A stretch of 64,000 bases of DNA, from assembly GCF_009914755.1 (NCBI RefSeq), contig NC_060931.1; one strand, 5' to 3'. Below are positions 13,344-26,570 of the stretch, piece after piece. Numbering within the stretch: the stretch's first letter is position 1; each line of letters opens with the position of its first letter. The translations under genes were made by a program, and so were the position numbers. The notes under the pieces are model-generated. The model was not told the origin of the DNA. It searched no databases and saw nothing but the letters and a program-made list of their open reading frames with translations. The DNA comes from the human T2T-CHM13v2.0 reference genome, Homo sapiens.

Positions 13344-15279
13344 TACAACTTTGTGCATAATATAGTATATAGAATCATGTTCTGCATATTTCCAATTTCC
13401 ACTTGATCGGGTATCAATAAAAAGCCTTGTTAATAATTATAGCAAAGAGAACAGTCTCTGCTCTGGACTTCCGTGCTCTCTCACATTGTCCTCAAGCTAC
13501 ACCATTCTGTATTATGTCTTCATTCTTGCATTGCAGGCTTTCTTTAGTCTCTGCTTCAAGGCCACCTTCAGTAGATTTATTTTAATCAAAGTGATTATTA
13601 AGCTAGTTTCTTCTTGTCTGTTATGTGCTATAAAATGTCTGGCCTGCAGTACTTAGGATTGCGGACTTGCTTCTTTCTATTTGGGGGGACCTGAATTTTC
13701 CTGTCTCTAATCTTAGGACATTGTGTTCTCCAGCCATCTGTTTCTGGGTTCTGCCTACACAGCAGAGATGGGGGAAAAAAAGTTTTATATCCTACTTCTT
13801 TTGTTGGGAAGAGTAACTTCCAGATTGAGTGTGAACTAACAGCACAACTCCCACCACACAGGAATGTGGAGGTCGTGACATTTCAGGTATGACACCAGTG
13901 ACACCCACCCCCGAATCCAGTAACTCAGTTTATATCCAATAGACGACTTATATCCAATGTCACGAAACCTCACAGGGAGCACTTTGTGACAGGAAAATAG
14001 AATTTATGAAGCTACTAAATTTGGAAAGTCAGATGAAATAAAAATCTTGAATCTTAAAGGGCTGTAAAAAGATAATGAATAAAGAAACAAATAAAGGTAA
14101 TTTCATGGGAATTACAGTAAAACTATAATACTTCTCACAGTAGAGGTTAAAATAGAGTTTTTCCTTTTACATTGAGAACTTAAGTGGGATGCAATAAATA
14201 TATTATGTGCTCCAAAATTCTAAATAAACTTATTTAGCATTGGTCAAAATTTTCCATTAAAAGATGTGACCTTTCTTCATAACGTAAGTATTTTTTCAGG
14301 TTGTTTTAATACTAAAAGTAAATTGCTCCTGAGTACCCATGCATTTACGCAAGACTGGTATCCACAGTAGTTATAGCTAAAGGACAACCAAACCTGCTGA
14401 AAGCATAAAAATTGGTCTCTATTTACCCTTAGAAATTGACAATTCTTAGTGGCATGTGTTATGTTTGATAACAAATGTTACTTGGCAGGATAAAGTAGTG
14501 ACTTTAAATCAACATCAAAAAGGCACATTGGAATATATCAGAGAGAATGTTATTTTGACACATTGAAAATGTGGCATAGATAAAAAGAGATCCATCTGAG
14601 TTTATTTAAACTAACTTTATTTAAGTGTGAGCTTTTTAGACAGATGTTATATCTATAATATTAATATATGATATTTAACATTTAAGATATTCATTGAAAT
14701 ATTTGGCTATCATGGAATTTATCATTCTTTTCTTCTCTATAACTAGGTTATCCATATGCAGGGAACTCACATTTTAAAGATAAAGGAAAAAGGCAATTAG
14801 ATATTAAAACTGTAAAGCATTAAATAAATCATATATATAAATGGTACTCACTTGGTATTTTTAAATAATCACCTGTCTTGTTCATATTGGTTATTGTCTT
14901 ACTAGTATTTCTTATTTTTGAGCAATGTTAATACTTTCTCACAAATGTATAAATTACTACATAGATATGACTAGCCCATATTAATAGTTGCCTCCTTTCT
15001 ATTTTTGCGTATATAAAATTATGTTGCCTCAATATTTCAATGTTGCGGATAACAAAACCTCATGAGAGGCTGAATACATACACAAGAATGATTTCTACAA
15101 ATATTTTCCTTTAAAAGTAACAATGTGCAGAAATAAACTTTAAATTCAGTCATAGACTTTTATAGGCTTAGTGTTAGACAATATTTGCTCTCATTTATGA
15201 TTTGATAAAAATTAAAATGCCATGGAATGTACCAAAATCTCAATACGAATGCAGTTTTCTGACACTGGAGGAGCTACTA

Positions 15280-15701
15280 TGTTATGCCACCCAGATCTAC
15301 CCTTTAGGGCTGAAGCATTCATCCCATAGAGAAAGGGCTTCTGCCTTCTGTTAGCCACAGATGAGTTATTTAGGAATAGCTCTCTGCAAAGGGGAGATGG
15401 AACATTCAAGATTGATTGCTTTCCCCACAGGGACAGCCAACATCCAATATTGTTGATGTGGGGAGAAAGATCCAACCTCTTTGCCACAATTTTGAATACT
15501 TTTGGACCATTTGTGCTTCAGAGCTCCAACGGAGACAGTTGAGTCCTCTGCTGAAACTGTATCAATTTCAAATTCTCCCTCTGCTTACTCTTGCTTTGCT
15601 CACTCTCTTACAGGTATTGTTCCCGAGAGCATTCTCCAATGTACCAATGGCATGTAAATTCTATCTCAGGGTCTATTGCCTTGGGAAAATAACCTATGAA
15701 A
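15280..15701 (+). mobile_element. 5' LTR of an ancient ERVL provirus (LTR16A-like)
   Basis: gggacagccaacatccaat...cttcagagctcc...ttctccctctgc...cttacaggtattgttcccgagagcattctcc...tctcagggtct match LTR16A blocks; followed by a degenerate PBS/leader. Confidence 0.75.
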
Positions 15702-18700
15702 ATTAGTGTTAGAGTGATAATAGGAAACAGGCACTAAAATGAGATTTTGGAGCCATATCACTCACTGTAAGGCTACTACCCAATTACTGGTGTTAGATGA
15801 AGCAATGATAGACCATGGCATGTGGCTTTCCCGGGGAGTGAACTGGGAGAAGATATTAGTGGAAGGGAATGCTCTTGTGGGTGTAATAGACCAGCTGCTT
15901 GGCAACTTCATGGAAGTAGCAATTATGATGACAATAAAATCAAATGGCTCTTGGTAGGTGCTATTGATACATTAAAGAAAAAATACCAATAGAAAGATGG
16001 AGGGTGATTAGTTACTAATTGAAGACAAAGTATGAAATCTAGAACATCTTTCTGGTAAAATAGAAAGAGAATCTTTTGTCTTTTATCCTTGAGGTAGTAA
16101 ATTCTGAGGACCAGATCCAGGACTTAAAAAGATAGAAAAGCTTCCAGGAAGATTGAATTCTCGATGTTAGCAAGTCTCCTCTACCATGGTCACATCCATG
16201 ACCGGGAATGAGTGAGAACTGAAGATTAAGATTGGAAAATCTGTGTCTGCAAACTAAAATTCCCAGATGTTCCAGAACCCTCTGGCCCTGCAAAAGTGTT
16301 TCACTGCTCTTTGTTAATAGCTAGTGTCTTTCTACTTGCTTGAACATACAGTTAGAATTTATAGGTGTGGGAGCAAACTCCATGATTCAATAATTTAAAA
16401 TCCTAGCAAGGACTCTAGGAGACAGGTGGTAACATTCTATGAGAATTACTCTTAGAAGCATGTAGAACAAATGGTGGAGATAGGTGGTAACATTCTATCA
16501 GAATAACTCTTAGAAGGATGGAGAAAGCAATAGCCCACACTAAGTGAAGTAAAAATGACAAAAAAGGCCATAAAAGATGTTGGAAGAAGAGTTTGAGTGG
16601 CTCAGAGAAGTGAATATGCTATATAAGAGAGTAGATATACTACATAAAGTCAGAAAATTCACCAATTACTGTGCTTCACAGAGTGGGCCTTGGGGATCTT
16701 GTTTACTAAAGAGGTAAGAAACTTGTTTGATATAATATTATTTTAAAAGCTCAGTGGTGGCTGTCTTCTGTAGAGCAGGCATAATAGGAGCTGCTGTTAC
16801 AGAAGTGGTTTCCCTAATGGCAATGGGAATGATATAATCCCGAAATAATCGAGGTCATATGGTGTTATTTAACCATCAAAGATAAAGTTGAACCAATTAT
16901 CCCAATGAGAACAAGGTTAGACTAGCAATAAGGGTGGCCTTACTCATAGAGAGCCTTGGAAATTGTGAAAGTAACACAGCATTTCCAAGGACAGGATAGG
17001 GTATTGTTCAACCAAATACAAAGAAATCAAGGTTGGTTGATCAGGAGGTTGAGTGAAGCTGCCCCAGTAAAACTCTCGATTCCTTGCAGAGTGTCCAGAC
17101 AGCAGCCAGTTTCAGATGTGGAACCCTTTGAAGACAGGCTAGGTCCACAGAGGGGAAGATCCTGCCTTATTGCAATAGGGTATATAGTAAAACTTCCTCT
17201 GGCATTTTCCCAAAGTGCTGTATAGCCACTTACTCAAGAAAGTTTATGTTGAGGGAAAGAAAACAAGCAGATATTTTATGACTCTTGAACACTGTGTCTG
17301 AGATGACTTTAAAGTATGAATGTCTCCATCCTCTTCAGGATATACAGGCAGTGTAATTGAGACATGGAAATAATGCTCCAATGCATTTACTGGGTTTCAC
17401 AAAAGGCTACGAGTTTTGAATGGACCCAGAGAAGAATACAGCTTGACATCAGGTCCAGGTTTCAGTGCAAGTATCCCTGTCTCTTAGGCCATGTAACCCA
17501 ATAGACTCTATGATCTTAGAGGTAAATGAGGCAGAAAAAAGATGCAATGAGAATAATTCTATAGCAGGAAAATCACAACATAGATTTATGGGGTTCTTGA
17601 TCAAGGCTATGCCATCTGCAGCAGAGAAATATTATTTGAAAAGTAGTCTATATTGTCCTTCTGGGCCTTGGTAGAGACAGAATACCTGATACATCAAACG
17701 TCCATGCAGCCAGCATGCTCCATCATGCGTTAGTTGTGTTGTGTCCCAATATAGAGTGGACTGGACCTAACAACAATCTCTTGTAAGATGAAAATGGAAT
17801 ATGTGGATATGATCAAGTGAAAAGAACCCAAGATTCTGTTCACAAACAGGTGGAACAGATATGAGTGCCTCTCTCTTGGCTCACTATTATGGTTGTCTGT
17901 TGGGGGAGAATCACTTGGATTATAGATCCATCGGCTCAGTATGTAAGATGAAGATAAAAATTAACTGCTACTATAGGTCTTCACCCTGGAGTGGACATGA
18001 AAGTCAGCCATAGGGGAAACTCCTTGTACTGGTCAGAAATTTGTATAGTAGGCCATCCATATTGCCTGGGGGAAAATATAGTCTCAAGGCAGTGGTGAAT
18101 GATTTGACTATTGGGCCATAGACATGAAAAGAGAAAAATTGGAAAACTTGGAGGTCTGGTAAAAAAAGGAATGTAGATAGGTCTAAGAGAATTTTTGTAG
18201 ATCTTTGTATTGTATGTTGACACTCATGCAGGAACATCCACCATAGAAGTGGCACTGATAACATAGAAATCAGAACAACTCTGCCATTTGACATCAGCCA
18301 GTCTCTATCATTGGCCATTTCGGTGCTCTGGGCTCAAGAAGAGAGTAGATGGGAAGGAATATATGGAGCAAATAGCATGGGTATGCACTCACTAAGGCTG
18401 ATTTAGCTACTAACGGTAATGAATGTCCAAATTTTCTGCAACAGAATACTAAGCCAAAAATCAGTGAAGTGATAGTAAATGTTTAACAACTGGCTATCCA
18501 GGGAAAAGAGCCCTGATTTCTGTGGCATTAACACACCAAGCATGATAAATTTCAAGTCCCTAACTTGACATCACTGAATGTAAAACTGTGAAGAAATGCA
18601 AATTTAGATCGTAAGAAAAAAAATCAAGACAGCTTTAGCATACCACTAACTATATGACACCATCCCTTCAGGAAATCAACCTAGGAACTTGATGGCAAGT

Positions 18701-19250
18701 TGATTACATTATACCTTTTACCATCATGGAAAGGACAGTGAATCCTCTTGAATGGAATCAATATATATTCCAGAAATTATGCTTCTCCAACTTAAAGGGC
18801 TTCAGTGAGTGCTACTATCTAAGGATTAACAGAATGGTTCTCTGGTGTGTGATTCTGTATAACATCACATTGGATGAAGAGAACTTTTTCCCAGCAAAGG
18901 TAATATAGCTGTGGGAATATAACCATGAGATATAGTGGTTCTACCACACATTGTACTACAGCAAAGATGTTGGCCAGATCGAACAACTGAATAGCCTTTT
19001 GAAGTTGCAGCTAGCTGCTTGGAAATAATCATCTTGACAGTATAAGGCATCATCATCCAATACTTAGAATATGTCAAATCAATGGCAGTTATGTATCCTT
19101 AATAGGTTGAATACATGGAACCAAAACTGTAGATGTAAGAGAGATCTTGCTTTCAATGAGTTCTGGTTTGCTGTTTGGGAAATTAGTGGTTCTAGTTCCT
19201 AAAATTCTAGGTTCGACAGCTCTAGATGTCTTATTTTCATATAAAATAAA
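15702..19250 (+). pseudogene. Decayed ERVL internal region (ERV3-16A3-int-like): gag, protease, RT connection/RNase H and integrase remnants
   Basis: ORF 17465-17674 (QVSLSLRPCNPIDSMILEV...GKSQHRFMGFLIKAMPSAAEKY) aligns by eye to ERVL pol (VQAALPLGPYDPADPMVLEV...GESQRRPLGFWSKALPSSADNY). Protease-like LLNTVSEMT at ~17282. Integrase-like WQVDYI and PSWKGQ blocks at ~18694-18740. Gag-like ggctcagagaagtgaatatgct at ~16600. Many stops and frameshifts. Confidence 0.8.
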
Positions 19251-19254
19251 TACT

Positions 19255-19632
19255 TCTACATAGGGTACTCAGCAAGAGCCTCATCGAATTGCAAGTTCTC
19301 ATGCCCCAGCTGTAAGGATTACTGCCTACTGAGAGCTCATAAACAAATTCCCCTTTGAATAAGGTCGTTGCCTTACCCTCTTCCCAGGGGCAGCCTGCAT
19401 GAACTGTCCTGATAAGCATATCTCAATTTGGGACACCTTTGAAGGGCCATCTCAGATTCAGAGTTTCATTTATGTCAAATGAGGCCTCTCCTCCAATTGT
19501 ATTCCAGTTCAGTTTCCTCCCACCCAAACGTGCTTTTCTCACAGACACTGGTCCCAAGAGCACTTCTTATCAAACCACTTGTTTGAGAATGTCCATTTTA
19601 GCATCTGCTTCCAGGGAAACCCAAACTGTGAT
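19255..19632 (+). mobile_element. 3' LTR of the ERVL provirus (LTR16A-like)
   Basis: ggggcagcctgcat...ctcaatttgggacacctttgaagggccatctcagattcagag...ctcacagacactggtcccaagagcact...catctgcttccagggaaacccaa; same blocks, same order and orientation as the 5' LTR. Confidence 0.75.
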
Positions 19633-22314
19633 AGATACCACTTCAATCTCATCTTCAGAAATTTGTAACAAATTCTCTAACCTCTATTTCTGTCTGCTTC
19701 ATACCAAAGCTCTAAAGTTTTATTTTTCTCATCCTTACTTGCTCTTACATTTTTTTAATGCCGGAAGCAGTCTTCATGCAATCTGGCATTCAATTTTCAT
19801 AGTATATTTATATGTGCTAAAAACCACCATTTTATCAGGAGCAAATATCCAGCTCTGAATTAAATTACCTCATTCCCCTGCCACCTCACCATAGATAGAA
19901 CACAGCCTGACTTCTCTGTAGATATGAGTATTACAAAACACAAGGCTTTAGGAGCGAAACAACCATAAAACTCCTGTTCAATTTAAAACAAAACCATGCA
20001 CCTTTTAGCCAAGTCCCACTGTCATCTCTTATCTCTAATGGCATCACTATAAATAGCAGTTTTCTTTTTCTTTTAAAATTGCTTCAAAGACTAATGTACA
20101 GGAATTCTTATAATTTTAACAAATGAATAGGTGGTGAAGGCATCTTTCCTCACCAATTGTGAAAGGGGCTTTTGTAGATTATAAAGACTATTTGGCTTTT
20201 TATTACTGAGACATCTAGGTGTCCAACACATCATTAAATCTTTATGTACTTTTAGAACGTTCTGAAAAATCTACTCACTTTTCAAATGCATTCAGTATAT
20301 AAGCACTGCTAAAATAAATAGGGTGTTAAAATAAAACTTTTAAGTAGGCCTTTATAAGGTGAGATAAACAGTACTGCCAGATAAAATTTTTCTTGTTAAA
20401 TTGGCCTTCATTTCTCAGACCTCCTACTTTTTTTTCTTCGAGTTGTCTAGCAACATGAAAATCCACAGATCTCAGGTGGTAGTTTAGATTTTTTCTTCTC
20501 TTTTTCCCCTGTTTTCAAAAGCTTTGCTTCCAGAGTAAAGAAGCAATGTTCTGGTTGATTCCTAAACAGTGTGTTTTAAAGTAATTTGGAAAACATGAAA
20601 TGGCTAACAAGATAAATTTGTCTCTGTATCTATTGAAGTTTATGGATAAGATACTATAGTCAAGTAATCCAAGGTTTTTCTTGACACATCAATATGTAAC
20701 GTAAGAGCAAGATTTAGTAGCAAAGTATCAATTTCACTGTAAATGGTGCATCACAATATCAATATATTAAATCAATCTCTATTCCCGTAACTCACCTTTC
20801 TTCCACTTATCCTTAAAGTCTCTCAACTCTAATAATCAGCAACTACTGAAGTGTGATAAATTATAGTATTCATCTTCCATTTTTCCTCCAGTACTCTAGA
20901 TATTAGTCTCACCATAGGCGTAATTGCCATGTCATTTTAAAAAAGACATGAAAATAATTTTACTGTATAGTAGATATATATTTCAATCAACCTTAAGGTA
21001 AAATTAACATCGGAAACATGCACGACTGAATATTCATTAAACATGGAGAAAAAATCATAATTTGCAATTCATGCCATTCAATTAAATGTACCATTTAATG
21101 TGTATGTAAGGAAATTAAGTTTAGGAAAGTGTATATTACCTGTTTGCCTGTTAGTCTCTCTGCTCTTCCTTTCTTTCTTTCTTCCTATAGGTGCTATATT
21201 TCTCTTAGTACCCCAAGCATACAGCACTGCACAATTGTTGTAGAAATCTTTTATTGATTTCTCAAAAAGGAAATCAATTATTGATTGAATTTACAATAAG
21301 TTACTGCAATAAATCTCTATCAGCAGAAAGCCAAATCTATTTCCCCAACAAGTTCAAATAAGTACATCTACTGCATTAAGTGACTGCATTGAAAATGAAA
21401 GCATTTAAGAGGCTCGCTAAATAATATGTAAAAATTTATTTATAACTAGTAGAATTATTTGGGAACTATAGGAGCTAGTTAGAAACTAGTCTTCAACAAG
21501 GTAAGTTTGAAGTAAAATTGTATACTTTCACAAGTTCAAACCAAATAATCACATTCACATGAGATAAATAATATAGGTTGCTCATATTTTTCTAAAAATT
21601 CAAATGCTAGAAGGGATATGTAATTCAAAATATATAGTTTTTGACATTAAAACTGGCCAACTTATAAAATTCAGAATATCTGTTCAGGAACCCTTGCCCA
21701 TAGTCCCTGGAATCTAAGGCAGATTCAGTAGAGCTAGTAAAGCAATAAATGAACTGGCCCAAAGCATTTAAAAGTGAAAGCCAGGAGTTACACCAAACTG
21801 AGCACTGTAATAGCTTTCTTATAGTGCATGACAGTGGAAAGTGTCTTTTACTCAAGAATCAGTATGGTTGACTAGAAAGGAATTTAAAGATCTGGTATGG
21901 TTTTATGAGATTAAGGAATAAAACTGTACATTATTTCATTCACTAAGTGAGCAAATTACTTCTCTGCTTGCTCTTGTTACGTCCTTATAAATTGGTGATA
22001 ACCTTATCTTCCTTGTGAAAATCAACAGATGACATGAGGGTTAAATGGCGAATTTAGGGGGAAAATATCTGTAAATAATTACAAAATAGTGTCATTCTCC
22101 TTAAGTTAATTTGATTTTTATATACCACTAAGAATGTATGTAGTTGTTTTGAATCTACCACAAGCTTGTCAAGTAACTTGAGGTTTTGTTATTGTTGTTG
22201 GGTTTTTGTCCTGCCTGTTTCTTCCTTTATACATGAGAATTCTGAATAAAAATTGAGAGGATTCTGACCAAAGAATTAGTCCTCAGACTTACAGATTATT
22301 TCCTTCCTGGACAC

Positions 22315-23741
22315 TGAGAGGTGACAGCGTGCTGGCAGTCCTCACAGCCCTCGCTAGCTCTCTGCGCCTCCTCTGCCTGGGCTCCCACTTTGGCGGCACT
22401 TGAGGAGCCCTTCAGCCCGCCGCTGCACTGTGGGAGCCCCTTTCTGAGCTGGCCAAGGCCGGAGCCCACTCCCTCAGCTTGCAGGGAGGTATGGAGGGAG
22501 AGGCGCGAGCGGGAACCAGGGCCGCGCGGGGCGCTTGTGGGCCAGCTGGAGTTCCGGGTGGGCGTGGGCTTGGCGGGCCCCGCCCCCGGAGCAGCCGGCC
22601 GGCCCTGCCGGCCCCGGGCAATGAGGGGCTTAGCTCCGGGGACAGTGGCTGCGCAGGGTGTACTGGGTCCCCCAGCAGTGCCAGCCCACTGGCGCTGCGC
22701 TTGATTTCTCACCGGGCCTTAGCTGCCTTCCCGCAGGGCAGGGTTCCGGACCTGCAGCCCGCCATGCCTGAGCCTCCCACCCCCTCCATGGGCTCCTGTG
22801 CGGCCCGAGCCTCCCCGACGAGCGCCACCCCCTGCTCCACGGCGCCCAGTCCCATCGACCACCCAAGGGCTGAGGAGTGCGGGCACACGGCACCGGGACT
22901 GGCAGGCAGCTCCACTTGCAGCCCTGGTGCTGGATCCACTGGGTGAAGCCAGCTGGGCTCCTGAGTCTGGTAGGGACGTGGAGAACCTTTATGTCTAGCT
23001 CAGGGATTGTAAATGCACCAATTGGCACTCTGTATCTAGCTCAAGATTTGTAAACACACCAATCAGCACCCTGTGTCTAGCTCAGGGTTTGTGAATGCAC
23101 CTATTGACACTCTGTATCTAGGTACTCTGGTGGGGCCTTGGAGAACCTTCGTGTCCACACTGTGTATCTAGCTAATCTGGTGGGGATGTGGAGAACCTTG
23201 GTGTCTAGCTCAGGGATTGTAAACACACCAATCAGCGCCCTGTCAAAACAGACCACTCAGCTCTACCAATCAGCAGGACGTGGGTGGGCCAGATAAGAGA
23301 ATAAAAGCAGGCTGCCCGAGCCAGCAGTGGCAACCCACTGGGGTCCCCTTCCACACTGTGGAAGCTTTGTTCTTTCACTCTTTGCGATAAATCTTGCTAC
23401 TGCTCACTCTTTGGGTCCACACTGTTACGAGCTGTAACACTCACCGCGAAGGTCTGCAGCTTCACTCCTGAAGCCAGCGAGACCACGAGCCCACCTGGAG
23501 GAATGAACAACTCCAGACGCGCTGCCTTAAGAGCTGTAACACTCACCGCAGAGGTCTGCAGCTTCACTCCTGAGCCAGCAAGACCACGAACCCACCAGAA
23601 GGAAGAAACTCTGAACACATCCGAACATCAGAAGGAACAAACTCCAGACGCGCCACCTTAAGAGCTGTAACACTCACCGCGAGGGTCCGCGGCTTCATTC
23701 TTGAAGTCAGTGAGACCAAGAACCCACCAATTCCAGACAGA
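22315..23741 (+). mobile_element. Solo ERV9 LTR, LTR12C-type (~1.43 kb)
   Basis: Starts TGAGAGGTGACAGCGTGCTGGCAG; GC/CpG-rich U3; tctagctca/CCAAT repeats; U5 repeats gagctgtaacactcaccgc at 23429, 23531 and 23662; ends gagaccaagaacccaccaattccagaca; 4-bp flanks acac / atac. Confidence 0.97.
22980..23340 (+). promoter_or_regulatory. LTR12 enhancer/promoter: NF-Y CCAAT boxes, GATA site and AATAAA TATA-like box
   Basis: CCAAT at 23018, 23059, 23228 and 23266; AGATAAGAGAATAAAAG at 23291-23307. This is the established ERV9 LTR promoter layout; activity is not shown by sequence alone. Confidence 0.65.
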
Positions 23742-24199
23742 ATACCATACCAGGAAGACAGACACCTAGGAAGTACTTGTAACTACAAGAACAATCATTG
23801 TTTCATTTATTTATCCACTAACACTTCCTTAATATCTGTCATGCATCAAGCCCCCTTGCAGACATTGGAAATACAAAGATGGATGTTACTGTAACATAGT
23901 TTTCACATGCTAAGATCTCATAACCCCTAGCCTGGAAATTCCTAAGGAATTTGACTCTGTAGGACTCCTGGGGAATAATTATCACCAACCTCTCACTCAG
24001 AGCCACTCGCTCTAGGTAGCATCAGCCTTAATAATAATGACAGACCTAGGACTGTACATAAGGAGGCAGCTACTAGCTTTTTATTAAAGTGGTATGTCCC
24101 AAAATCATGAGCCCATTTCTTAAACTCTGCCTCTTTCCAGTTAAATTCCTTTGGTCTCTGCACACTAGAATACACTACAGTCTAGTTCCATAGTGAAGT

Positions 24200-24390
24200 A
24201 TTTAAGAGTTTAAGTATTTAAGAATGCAGCTATACTATCTGTATTCAAATCTTCATCTGAAAAGTAGAGATATTAATAGTACCTAAGATTTTGAAGAGAC
24301 TTAAATGAATTATATTCATAAAGCACATAGAATGGTAGAATGATACTTGTTTCATAGTAAGGACTAACAAGTATTAACTACAATCATCAT
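24200..24390 (+). mobile_element. MIR fragment
   Basis: cttcatctgaaaagtagagatattaatagtacct...ttaaatgaatt...aaagcacatagaa...catagtaagg. Confidence 0.65.
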
Positions 24391-24599
24391 CACTGTATGC
24401 CACAGATACGTTTAGAGGTAATTGGTAACAAACTGCTTAATACTGAAATCAATCTTTCCTAGGACTTACAAATCTTGGTCTTGGAGAAAAGAGAAAAGCC
24501 ATCTTCAGATCTCTCTTGTGATCTGCCTTGTACTCACCTAAATGCCAGAACCTACAGCAACAATGCCTTTGCATATAAACTACGCAGTTAAAACCTTCT

Positions 24600-25665
<1,066 letters not shown>

Positions 25666-25724
25666 AACTTTATTTTTTTGATGCACAAAATTATTACATG
25701 AGTTAATTTAATATTGAGACTCAG

Positions 25725-26570
25725 TATTATGGTAAATAAAATAAGCCAGACATGGAAAGAAAGGTAAGGCATGACCTCACTTATATGTGGAATCTAAAAA
25801 AACACTGGCTACAGAGAAAGTGTGCAGAACAGTGTTTACCAGGGGTATGGAAGGGGAGGAAATGGGGAGAGGTACATCAAAGGGTACAAACATGCCACTA
25901 CATAGTGATATGGTTTGGCTGTGTCCTCACTCAAATCTCATCTTGAATTGTAACTCCCACAGTTCCTATGTGTTGTGGGAAGGACCCGGTGGGAGGTAAT
26001 TGAATCATGCGGGTGGGTCTTTCCCATGCTATTCTCGTGATAGTGAGTGAGTCTCGTGAGATCTGATGGTTTTATAATGGGGAATTTCCCTGCACAAGTT
26101 CACTTCTCTTTGCCTGTTGCCATCCATGTGAGACGTGACTTGCTCCTCCTTGCCTCCACCATGATTGTGAGGCCTCCCCGGCCATGTGGAACTGTGAGTC
26201 CATTAAACCTTTTTTCTGTATAAATTACCCAGTCTCTGATATGTCTTTATTAGCAGCATGAAAATGGACTAATACACATCGATGAACAAGTCTAGGGATC
26301 TAATTTACAACAGAATGACTATGGTTAGTATAGTTAATACTACTGTTTTGTATACTGGAAATTTGCTGAAAGAGCAAATTTTAGTTACTCTTACCACCCC
26401 CCCAAAAAAAAAAAAAGAAAAGAGATCTCACATAAAGATAATTATGTGAGATAATGTTTTTTGCTTACCTGTAGTAATTTCACTATGTATATGTATCAAA
26501 AAATGTATCAAAATAATCATGAGGTATACCTTAAGTATAAACAAGGAAAAATAAATTAAAAGGAAAAAAA
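25725..26570 (+). mobile_element. Old L1MA/L1MB 3' end interrupted by a THE1 LTR
   Basis: ataagccagacatggaaaga...ctcacttatatgtggaatctaaaaa...caaagggtacaaa, then after the LTR aagtctagggatctaa...tatactggaaatttgctgaaagagcaaattttag. Confidence 0.8.
25906..26276 (+). mobile_element. Solo MaLR LTR, THE1 (A/B-like)
   Basis: TGATATGGTTTGGCTGTGTCC...ggaggtaattgaatcatg...ATTAAA...ggactaataCA; 5-bp flanks catag / catcg. Confidence 0.95.

Noticed and set aside
19439-19858. 139-aa ORF
   Set aside because: Starts inside the decayed 3' LTR and reads into AT-rich flank; consistent with a chance ORF.
20789-21230. Two small - strand open segments with donor sites (ELRDFKDKWKK and LYAWGTKRNIAPIGRKKERKSRETNRQT)
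   Set aside because: The acceptors lack pyrimidine tracts and the peptides are not recognisable.
22300-22314. Left flank ttcctggacac resembles the LTR12 3' end (ttccggacaca), suggesting a tandem LTR
   Set aside because: The similarity is only ~10 nt, and a 4-bp TSD-like pair (acac / atac) explains the junctions.
22296-23028. Seven overlapping GC-rich ORFs (66-155 aa) on both strands
   Set aside because: All lie in the GC-rich U3 of LTR12C, where stop codons are rare; no domain is recognisable.
23429-23710. Three spaced direct repeats (gagctgtaacactcaccgc...) superficially like a CRISPR array
   Set aside because: These are the normal LTR12 U5 tandem repeats; the spacers resemble each other, there are no cas genes, and the DNA is primate.
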